DNA of 63,731 nucleotides, counting the filler, from Reticulomyxa filosa (Eukaryota > Protista > Foraminifera), in the NCBI GenBank assembly GCA_000512085.1. It is 24 parts of 24 records of this genome, joined end to end, with 100 filler letters (N's around TTAATTAATTAA, not from the genome) between each part and the next. Parts side by side here need not be neighbours in the genome. Positions count along the whole stretch, not along the records: positions 13,114 to 14,615 come from ASPP01045722.1; positions 14,716 to 19,279 come from ASPP01043485.1; positions 19,380 to 22,135 come from ASPP01021367.1; positions 22,236 to 23,679 come from ASPP01024123.1; 20 more parts are not named here. One strand, 5' to 3'. The position numbers and the translations under genes were made by a program. Below, piece after piece: positions 13,480-22,392 of the stretch. The notes beneath the pieces are model-generated. The model searched no databases. It had not been told where the DNA came from and saw only the letters and a program-made list of their open reading frames with translations. Positions within the stretch are counted from its first letter, which is position 1; every line of letters begins with the position of its first letter.

Positions 13480-14615
13480 TCATTACTCAAGAAAAAGTGA
13501 TTATTCATTCAAAAAAAACAATTTTAATTTCAATTGTCTGTAATTAATTCGTTTTTTAGAATCAAAAATGAAATACTATACAAAATTTTTAACAATTCTT
13601 TTTTCAAGTTGTTTTGTCAAAAATGCCAAAATATTCCAAATTTACATTTTTTTTAATAGATATTTATGAATTTTGTGTCTAAGTATTGTTTAAGAAAAAA
13701 AGGTCTTTTTTTTTTTCCTTTGGTTGTATCTCTGTCTTTAGTACCAGTTCATAATTAGAACGCTAATCGTCTTCTTAGCAAAAAACTGGTATGTCTTTTT
13801 ATTTTTCAAGTTATTTTGCAACTAAAAAGTTGTTTTGTTTTGTTTTGTTTGAACAGTTCGCAAACTCTAAAAAAAATATTAAAAAGATATCATTTTTGTT
13901 TGGATGGTGTTCATCCTTTATCAGAAAAAAAAAATAATTGAATATGGGGTAAGGCCCCCCGTCTCCGCAAGGAGTAATAATGGTTTGTCATACATTTATG
14001 TGTTTTTTTTTTTTTGTATATAATTGACTTTGTTTTTTGATTAACAGCCTCAACCCGTCTGTTCAAAAAAAAAAAATTGTATACGTTCCCATTCCAATTC
14101 CCTACAAAGAACAATTTCGGGGTTGAAGCCACCCCATGTCGCAAAAAAAATGAAAGAGTTTGGATTTTTTATTTTTTTATTTTTTTTTATTTTTTTTATC
14201 AAATGTTTGCTTGTGTCAACAGGCATGCCCCCATCAAAAAAAATTCTATGTCTCCCTCCCCGTTGCAAAAGAAAAAAAAGTAGATAATTGGAATTGGAGC
14301 TTAAGCTCACTGTCAATATTTTATTTTTGAGAGAAAAAACAAAACACACAATTTTTTCATGTTTTATTTTTATTTTTTATTTATTTTTCTATTTGATATT
14401 GATTGGGAAATTTGGGAAAAGAAAAGGGTGGTAAAAGAAAAGGGTTATAAAAGAAAAAGGTGGAGAAAAGAAAAAGGGATGGGAAAAAAAAGTGCAAAAA
14501 TGATTAGAAAAAAGTATGTTTGGAAGAAAATGAAAAAAATAAAAATGAGAAGAAAAAATATTGGAAAAGGAAAAAAAAAAAAATAACAAATGACAATGAT
14601 AAAAAAGAAAAAAAT
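13480..14615 (+). repeat. Dispersed ~1.1-kb non-coding repeat, copy 1, containing a double-hairpin cassette
   Basis: Colinear with 44070-45240. Shared blocks include AAGTTGTTTTGTCAAAAATG, CCCCCGTCTCCGCAAGGAG and AACAGGCATGCCCCCAT. Confidence 0.85.
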
Positions 14616-14715
14616 NNNNNNNNNNNNNNNNNNNNNNNNNNNNNNNNNNNNNNNNNNNNTTAATTAATTAANNNNNNNNNNNNNNNNNNNNNNNNNNNNN
14701 NNNNNNNNNNNNNNN

Positions 14716-15273
14716 TGTGTGTGCATTATGTTCTTGTATTTGTGCTGCAAAATTGTCGCACGTGTTGTTTATTGCATTAGATTGTTTGTCGTCAATGTGG
14801 AGCATTTGTTGTGTTAGTTGGTCTAGTATGTTGCAGGTTCTGATGTTAGGTATACTTACTTTTTTCTTGATTTGTTCTTCAAGAAGTATATTCCTAATTT
14901 TTGCGTCGATGTTGTTGTTGTACGTTTGTATTGCGTTGTACGTACTGTTTTTGAGAGGGTTGTGTGTGTTGTTATACGTATTTGTTTGATAGGGTGAGAA
15001 GTTCTTCCCTTTTGCAATTTGCTCGATGATTTCGAGGGGAATTTGTTTGTTGGTGAGTATTGTGACTTTTTCTTTGAGAATATCGGTCACGTATTGCAGA
15101 TTTTGTTGGTGTATGTTTTCTTTGTTGGAATTTTTGCGAGAAAATATGGTTTTGTTGTTGTGTATGATGAGTTTTGCGAGTTGGAGATGTGTTTTGTTTT
15201 TTGCCGGTGCCTTTGAACGTTTTTTTGGGGGTTCAAGGGTGTCGGTTCTTAAACAAAAAAAGACGGCCTTTTT
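14716..15273 (-). CDS. ORF2 of the telomere-associated element: N-terminal region of a putative Penelope-like reverse transcriptase, 3' truncated by the contig end
   Basis: Open from about 15273 to the contig end in the -1 frame of ORF1, with no ATG near its start. VTILTNKQIPLEIIEQIAKGKNFSP resembles the PLE RT N-terminal motif (V.NLS...L...e...L.kG.nF.P). Confidence 0.6.
15205..15261 (-). promoter_or_regulatory. Putative programmed -1 ribosomal frameshift signal: U_UUU_UUU at 15261-15255 plus a downstream stem-loop
   Basis: ORF1 ends TCT TTT TTT GTT TAA and ORF2 reads GTC TTT TTT TGT TTA. Downstream CCTTGAAC...GTTCAAAGG can pair. Confidence 0.55.
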
Positions 15274-18200
15274 TCAAAGTTTGTGTGCCTTGCATCTCTA
15301 TAAAGGTTCCGGTTAGTTGCATGGTAGTTCCTTCTAAAGGTTTGCCAAGGTCTTTGTGTAGTTGGAGAGTTGTTATTTTGACTTTGAAAGTCTGTTTGTT
15401 GACTTGGTTGGTTTATTTGTTGACTGTGTGTGTGATTATAGGCTTCTTGCATTTCTCTAGCTTCACACTGGTTGTGCCAGTGATTTCCTCCACATTTTCT
15501 GCATGGCGATGGAGGCTCTGTGTGTTTGCCTCTCGCATTGTTCTCTGTACATTGATCTGTACCTCTTATATGATTTTTTATGTGCGAACTTGCGTTGTTG
15601 TGAGTTTGCTGTCTCATGTTCCAGTTTGTTCTTTTCTGGTTATTCCGGCCTTCTCTGCGTTGAAACATTCCTCTTTTTCCCCTTTGGGGCTGCGACATAA
15701 ATTTATTGTGTTGTGTTGTGAAGTTGTTGCGTTGCGACATTGCGTCACTGTGAATGTGATTGTTTTGTGTTGCCTCTGTAGCTATGGGGCATTGATTGTG
15801 CCAGTGCATTTCATTGCAGAATTTGCAAGGTTTTGTTGGCATTTTGGTTTGATTGTTTTGCCATCTGTTGGGAATGTTTGGCTTTTTGTTGAGAATGTTT
15901 GGCTTTCTGAAATTGGGTGCATTTGGATGTTGGTATTTGTTGTTTGTAGCACGATTCATGTTGTGTTCATTGCTTTGATGATTAAAGCGATGGTGCTTTT
16001 GAGTTTTGAATTGATTATTTTTATTTTTCCAATGAGATATATCTGTTCTGGTCCTGTTCTTTACTATGTTTTCTCTGCACTCATTATTCCAGTGGTTGCC
16101 GTTGCAGTATTTGCATGGTGTTGGTGGTATGTTTTGTGTGCTCTTTGATATGTTTGTTGCGTTTTGTTCCATTTTGTTGTTTTGTGTGTTGTTTGTGCTT
16201 TCAGAACATTCACTATCCCAGTGTTTACCATTACAGTGCTTGCATGGCCGTGTTGGTATACGTTTTATAGTTTTGTATATATATTTTTGACCTGCACCTT
16301 GTATGTTGTTTTGTTGTATATTGGATTGCCTGTTGATATGATTGTTTTGTTGTATGTTGTGTTGACTATTTATGTGACTATTTTGTTGCTCATTGTTTTG
16401 TCCATGCATATTGACGTCGATGTTTTGTGTTCTTTGTTTGCATATAGAATGATGATGTTTTTTGTCTCCGCAATATTTGCATTTGTATTCGGGGCAGTCT
16501 TGGAACCAATGAAATGCATTTTTATCACAATTGATGCAAGTGTTTTTTGGTGTATTGTGTGGTTGTATTGATTGGCATGTGTATATGTTGTGTCCAATTT
16601 TATTGCATCTCATGCATTTGACATTTAGGTTATTTTCATTGAGGATCCTGTCCATTATGATATTTTCTTTTCTCATGGTGGATTGTTTGATGGCAGCCTT
16701 AACTTTTTCATCGATTTGTATTGGTGGTGCGGCGTTGATACATGTATGAAAATAATAATTTAAATTGTCATATGTATTTTGATTTGGTTGTATGTTTTGT
16801 ATATTATTTTTGATTGCATGTAATGTTTCTTGTATTTCAAGAAGTTTGGATAAGAGTTGTGTTAGATATGCAAATGTTCTCATTTCTCTTATTTTGGCTT
16901 GATTGAGTTGTATGCATTTAGTTTTGATTTTTGTGTCGTTGCATTGTATGATAGGTTGTGTTACTTTCCATCTTATCCGTAGTTGGTTTGCAATTTTGAT
17001 TGCATAGCTTTGACATAGTCTCAGGTTCGAACACATTTTTATTATCCATGTACTTATTTTTGTTGTATTGTGGTCCATGTCTGCAGATGTATCAATGTCT
17101 TTTGTGCATGTATTTTGTATTTTTAATTTTTGTAGGATTTCTGGCAGCTGTGTGCATATGTCATTGATTACGTTGTCGTATTCGCCTGCATCATGATTGG
17201 TTGCGTATATGGTGCTCCAGAGTATGGCGTTTATATTTGTTCCATCGTTGTATATTGCAGAGTTTTGTTTTAGTACCCCGAATTCCTTGAAATCAATGTG
17301 TGTGTTGCTCTGTGTATTTGTTATTGTTTGTTTTAGCCATTGTATGGCGATGATTGGATTTATTTTATCAAATTCATTTTCGTTGTTTTCGTTGATTTTG
17401 CATTCGATAGGCGTTGTGTGTTGCTGCTGCTCATTATTATTTTGAGGCTCATAATTTTGAGGCTCATGTTCCTGTTGCTCATCATTTTGTGATTCATTTT
17501 TGTGTTCCTCATGATTATCATCGATGTTAATATTAATGTCATTTTCAGTGTTATTAATATTATTAATATCATTTTCAATGTTATTAATATTATTATTATT
17601 AATATTGGTATTGATATTGTTTTCCTGTGCCCTATTTTGTGAAGTGTTTGCTGCATCATTATTTTGTGAATTGTTTTGTGAGTTGTTTTGTAGATTGCTT
17701 TGTGTGTTATTATCTTGTTGTGATATATTATTAATGAGTTGTTGTGTGTTGTTACTGATTATTGTTTCAGCTATGGATGTATTTTCATCATCGATATTAT
17801 TAATATTATTATTGTTGTTATTACTACTATTATTATTAATAATTTGTTGTCGCCTATTATTTAATATTTCATGCCGTTGCGTTTTTCGTAGATCGTTCCT
17901 TTCATCGAACCTTTGTTGTTGGCTGCCATAGAGGTTTGTTGTTTGAAATGGTCTTTGTGTGTTATCATTTATATTGTTTGTATCCATCTTTGCCATTTGT
18001 CCAATGAAGTTCCTATTGTGTCGTGTGTTTTGAAGGCTGTATGTGTTGTTGTTTTTGAAGTTATACGTGTTGCTGTTGCCATTTTCGGAGTTATACGTGT
18101 TGTTGTTGCCGTTTTCGGAGTTATACGTTGTGTTATTATTGCTGTTTCCGGAGTTGTTGTTTCCGGAGTTGCTGTTTTCGGATTTGATTTGTGTTGTATT

Positions 18201-18854
18201 GTGTGTTTTTGTGTGTGTTTGCGAATTTTGTTTTTTAGCAATGTTTGCGAATTTTGTATTGCTGGGTTTGTTGAACATTGTTAGAATACTGTCGGGTTGT
18301 ATTTCTTCGTTTGGAACCCTCTCGCTGGTCCTGTTGATGTATACGACAAATCCATTATCGTATTGTGTTACATTTGTCACTCTCCATTGTGCCGATGTTA
18401 TTCTTTGGATACTTCTTTTGAGGTTGGTTAATCGGATTTCATCGTACATTTCGTTTTGCATGATTATTTCATGTATTCGGTTTTGTACGTATCTGAAGTG
18501 TGTTGCTTTCCATGGTTCGCTGTTGTTGCTTTTTTTCTCAATGTTTTCTGCAGTTATTGAGCCTTCTGAAAATTTGACAAATGTCCATACTGTTTCTGTT
18601 GCCTGTTCAAGCTGCTGTGAAACACAGATCATTTGTTTTATGTTATCTGTTTCGTCTCCATTATTGGAGATCCATGTGATGCTTTTGAGTTGCTTTACTG
18701 CAACTTTCATTGTTTGTTCAGTGTTGCCTGGTAGTTGTTGTTGTTGTTGTTTGTCAAATGGAAGATGCGAAAAAGCATGACCATTTTTTTGCACTTTCAC
18801 AGATTTTTTGAAGTGTTGTATTTGCTTGGGGTTTAGGGGTTTGGCTTTCTTCAT
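15249..18854 (-). CDS. ORF1: 1201-aa intronless Gag-like protein with seven CCHC zinc knuckles and N/Q-rich low-complexity linkers
   Basis: CMRCNKIGHNIYTC, CINCDKNAFHWFQDC, CKYCGDKKHHHSIC, CKHCNGKHWDSEC, CKYCNGNHWNNEC, CKFCNEMHWHNQC, CRKCGGNHWHNQC. Confidence 0.88.
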   Translation of the reverse strand: MKKAKPLNPKQIQHFKKSVKVQKNGHAFSHLPFDKQQQQQLPGNTEQTMKVAVKQLKSITWISNNGDETDNIKQMICVSQQLEQATETVWTFVKFSEGSITAENIEKKSNNSEPWKATHFRYVQNRIHEIIMQNEMYDEIRLTNLKRSIQRITSAQWRVTNVTQYDNGFVVYINRTSERVPNEEIQPDSILTMFNKPSNTKFANIAKKQNSQTHTKTHNTTQIKSENSNSGNNNSGNSNNNTTYNSENGNNNTYNSENGNSNTYNFKNNNTYSLQNTRHNRNFIGQMAKMDTNNINDNTQRPFQTTNLYGSQQQRFDERNDLRKTQRHEILNNRRQQIINNNSSNNNNNNINNIDDENTSIAETIISNNTQQLINNISQQDNNTQSNLQNNSQNNSQNNDAANTSQNRAQENNINTNINNNNINNIENDINNINNTENDININIDDNHEEHKNESQNDEQQEHEPQNYEPQNNNEQQQHTTPIECKINENNENEFDKINPIIAIQWLKQTITNTQSNTHIDFKEFGVLKQNSAIYNDGTNINAILWSTIYATNHDAGEYDNVINDICTQLPEILQKLKIQNTCTKDIDTSADMDHNTTKISTWIIKMCSNLRLCQSYAIKIANQLRIRWKVTQPIIQCNDTKIKTKCIQLNQAKIREMRTFAYLTQLLSKLLEIQETLHAIKNNIQNIQPNQNTYDNLNYYFHTCINAAPPIQIDEKVKAAIKQSTMRKENIIMDRILNENNLNVKCMRCNKIGHNIYTCQSIQPHNTPKNTCINCDKNAFHWFQDCPEYKCKYCGDKKHHHSICKQRTQNIDVNMHGQNNEQQNSHINSQHNIQQNNHINRQSNIQQNNIQGAGQKYIYKTIKRIPTRPCKHCNGKHWDSECSESTNNTQNNKMEQNATNISKSTQNIPPTPCKYCNGNHWNNECRENIVKNRTRTDISHWKNKNNQFKTQKHHRFNHQSNEHNMNRATNNKYQHPNAPNFRKPNILNKKPNIPNRWQNNQTKMPTKPCKFCNEMHWHNQCPIATEATQNNHIHSDAMSQRNNFTTQHNKFMSQPQRGKRGMFQRREGRNNQKRTNWNMRQQTHNNASSHIKNHIRGTDQCTENNARGKHTEPPSPCRKCGGNHWHNQCEAREMQEAYNHTHSQQINQPSQQTDFQSQNNNSPTTQRPWQTFRRNYHATNRNLYRDARHTNFEKRPSFFV
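18055..18180 (-). repeat. Short coding tandem repeats in ORF1 (30-bp TYNSENGNNN-type and 15-bp NSGNN-type units)
   Basis: Repeated TTTTCGGAGTTATACGTG and TTTCCGGAGTTG on the + strand. Confidence 0.8.
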
Positions 18855-19237
18855 TATTTACTGTGCCAGTGCTGTGTGTAGCGTTGTTCTCGCTGAGATG
18901 ATCGCGCAAGCGATCATTTTCTCTATTATTGCTAGCCATCTATGGGCTGTGTTGCTGTTGCTGGTACAAAGGAAGGTTTTAAAGAAGAACTGATACTCTT
19001 TCAACGAGACACTAGTGGCGTCCAAGCGGACTCTGTGCTCTTTTGTTTTTAATTAAACAAGAAAGAAAAGTTGAAACAAGAGTTGAAACACTGAACGAAA
19101 AAACCAGGGGTTCTTCTGAACCTTTGTATTTCCTTTGTAAAATTTGGTGTGGTGTGTGTTTTGCTTTGAATTTGTTTGGAACTTTGATATTTTGCTTAGA
19201 GCTTTGTAGTTTTGCTTAGGGTTTTGAGTTTTGATTT

Positions 19238-19279
19238 GCTTAGGGCTTAGGGCTTAGGGCTTAGGGCTTAGGGCTTAGG
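19238..19279 (+). repeat. Telomere-like repeat (GCTTAGG)6, i.e. TTAGGGC units, running to the contig end
   Basis: Six perfect 7-mers with the G-rich strand pointing 5'->3' to the end. Isolated or degenerate units at 19194-19202 and 19214-19221. Confidence 0.8.
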
Positions 19280-19391
19280 NNNNNNNNNNNNNNNNNNNNN
19301 NNNNNNNNNNNNNNNNNNNNNNNTTAATTAATTAANNNNNNNNNNNNNNNNNNNNNNNNNNNNNNNNNNNNNNNNNNNNAATAAGGAGTCG

Positions 19392-20870
19392 ATGCACTTA
19401 GAAAACGAACGTATACGTCTTCTACAAAGCAATTCTATGATCAATACAATGCAGCCCAAGAAGAATTCATATACCAAAATGATGGCCACGAATATGTCCA
19501 AATCAACTTTGAGTATATCATTGGCAGCTTATGGATCAACATTCAAATTATTAATGTGCAGGTACATAACAGTGATGAAAGATTTAATAGAAAAAAAAAG
19601 GGAGGTTTACGTATATCAAGAGATAGTAAGTGTGAGTGAGGAGTGATTGTATATATTATTGATTTTATTAAAATAGATTTTAAAAAAACAAAACAAAAAC
19701 AGTAACAAATTGGAGAATTTTGAAGTAGATGTGACTGCAAGCACAACACAGTCGAATGACCAGTGCAAATTGTACAAACGGTCACGAGCGAGTATAGGAC
19801 AGCGACATTTTTTGCAGTCAAATATATATACCAAGTTGGCGCGAACGTAGAAATCAGCCACCAATTCTATACATCGTCGCAAAAATCGTGCCATTCCAAC
19901 GTATCGATGCCAAATACAATCCATATCCAATTGCACATCTGCGCAAAGTCCAAGTCCAAACTCTTAATGATGACACGCAAATTTCAAAAGTCATTTTGCA
20001 AGTGTTGTCCAAGGCTGCAATGTTAAGTTCTTTTTTTTTTTCATTTCCTTTTTTTTTTTATAAAAAAAACAGACAAGCAAAAAAAAAATTTGGATAGATC
20101 ACAAAAGCATGTGCGAGTATGCGATGGCATTATCAAGTGAATAATGGACCAATTGCGATGGAACTTTTACACATGGTCAGACTCGTTGATATCGCTGGTA
20201 GAACTTGTGACGGAAAGTCCGTCGTCATGGCCAAATGGCTAAGTACATGCCTTTAAGGCGACAGAAGCGCTGTTGCGCATATGAGGATTTGAGCAAGAAC
20301 GCACACGACTAGCAATTAAATTGCAAGTCGATCGTGATTGCCCATCTTCTTTTATGCATAGCAGCACTACTTTCACTTAGGCGTGGTACTCAATGGCACT
20401 TATGCCTCCAACAAATTATCGCGCAATATGGACGCAAACTGGATTCAAAACTCGCTCAAATTCACAAAGTTCCTCATAATCATATCCACAAATTTATACA
20501 TATTCGTTCAAATCATTATCTGACAATGGCAATGCTGTGAATGCTTACTATTAATGTACAAATAGTGCAAAGTGGATATCTAAATACAAACGCCGGCTAT
20601 TTCTTGTGAAGTCTCCAAGTTATTTTTATTTTATTGTTGTTGTAATAATTGATATTTTTTTTTTTGCTGTTGATTATGTATAGTAAATGTTTACGAAACT
20701 TATAGATGAAGGTGGCACAAATGATTGGATGAGAGGAACATTAACAAATGAATGCACATATGCGAGTGATCCAGTGCAATTACACGCGTAAAAAGAAGGT
20801 AAATCTATAATTTTTTGTTCGTGTTTAACTTATAACTATGGATTATGTGTTGTTTCTAATATAGTCCCAC
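19392..20870 (+). pseudogene. Degenerate coding-like remnant of unknown family
   Basis: Coding-like composition with intron-like AT tracts, but all frames are interrupted. No family recognised. Confidence 0.3.
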
Positions 20871-20879
20871 CATTGTCGT

Positions 20880-21700
20880 GAAATGAAAAGAAGAATACGG
20901 GGTAGAAACCACCCCGTCTCCGAAAGGAGAAACAAAGGTTTGTTTCATCTATTTATTTATTTATTAACATGTTTGAGTGTTGTGTATTATGCGTTGTGTA
21001 ACATAGGTTCCCCTGTCCGTCAATATCATAGTATTATATACCCCCATCCCTTACACACAAAAGAAAAAAAAGAAAAGCAAAATCGGGGTTGAAATCCACT
21101 CCGTCTCCGCGAGGAGGAAGAGCAGTTTGTTCTGTTTATATTTATTTTTATATAAATATGTATTCTTTTGTTATATAATATTGTTGTGTTTGTGAAGCAA
21201 TAGGAATTCCCCTTCAAAGAAAAAAATTTATATATTTTATATTTTTTTGTTTATATCATATAAAAAAAAAGTTGTAGTGCTTTCCTACAGGAAGAAAAAT
21301 TGGAAATTATATCTCAATTATCATTGGTATTGTATATTTTTTTGTTATTATTTAAAAAATTATATATAACTTTGTTTGTTTCTGTATAGATTCCAGTGAT
21401 CAAGAACGTGGCAGAAGGTGTGTATCTTTCCAAAGGATTTGGTGGAAAAGTGGGGAAAATAATTATTAAGGGGGGATATAAAAAAGTATATAAAAAAGAT
21501 ATAGAAGAAAAAAAAAAATATTAATAAAAAAAAATGTAATGATGAATAAGAAAAAAAAAAGGTAGATAAAAAAAAAAAAGGAAAATGAAATAAAAAAAAG
21601 AAAAAAGTACGTAAAAAAAAATAAATGAAAGAAAAAAAAAAAAGAAAAGAATAACAAAATATTATTTTAATTTTAAGTTTGAATGAAAGAGAAAAAGAAA
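20880..21700 (+). repeat. Divergent member of the double-hairpin repeat family, with two complete cassettes and an A-rich tract
   Basis: ACGGGGT-AGAAACC-ACCCCGT-CTCC-GAAA-GGAG at 20897-20929 and CGGGGT-TGAAATCC-ACTCCG-T-CTCC-GCGA-GGAG at 21084-21116. Confidence 0.7.
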
Positions 21701-22392
21701 GAATAAAAGGAAGATTATTATATTAAGAGAATGGAAAAAGAAGCAAGAATGTATCAATAGCGTTGGTGGCCTAGAATTATCAAGAAACGCAAAGAAACAA
21801 TATAAATGAAAACGATCAATGCAATACATCAATGAAAAGTGTTGATTGCGCTTCACCGAGATTATGAATGATAATGGATATTTATGAAATGACAATAAAT
21901 TGTTATGGCTTGCAATCACACAATAACGCAATATTTTCAATCAATTTATCAACGTGGATTATTTGCTTAAATATCAGTCAATGCCTTTTAAATATATTTT
22001 TGAGTATGCTATATATGCATCAATATCGATATGACAGATGTGTATTGAAACACTTCCAAGATCAATTAGTATGACCTTCGTCCCAAATCCGAAGAGCTGG
22101 AAAAAGAAATCGAAAAACCCATTTGCATATTTTTGNNNNNNNNNNNNNNNNNNNNNNNNNNNNNNNNNNNNNNNNNNNNTTAATTAATTAANNNNNNNNN
22201 NNNNNNNNNNNNNNNNNNNNNNNNNNNNNNNNNNNAAAAAAAGGCGAGGGGGGGAAGGAGGTAAAAAAAAAAAAAAAGTTACAATTGTAGAAAAGTTCAA
22301 CATCACGAAAAAATATTGAGTATTATACTCAATTATCGGCCCCTATGCAAAATAAGAGGAGGGCGGGGGGGGGAAGGGGGGCAGATTCAGAC

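Larger units (their letters stand above)
14716..19237 (-). mobile_element. Candidate telomere-associated retroelement (Gag-like ORF1, -1 frameshift, PLE-like ORF2)
   Basis: Two overlapping intronless ORFs, A/C-rich sense strand, 5' end joined directly to telomere-like repeats. Confidence 0.7.

Noticed and set aside
15019-18993. Long hydrophobic + strand ORFs (e.g. 15174-16148, 18043-18780)
   Set aside because: They are antisense shadows of the A/C-rich, N/Q/T-rich ORF1 and ORF2.
18940-19237. Hammerhead ribozyme in the leader of the PLE-like element
   Set aside because: I found no CTGANGA...GAAA core with flanking stems on either strand by eye. A covariance-model scan is still worthwhile.
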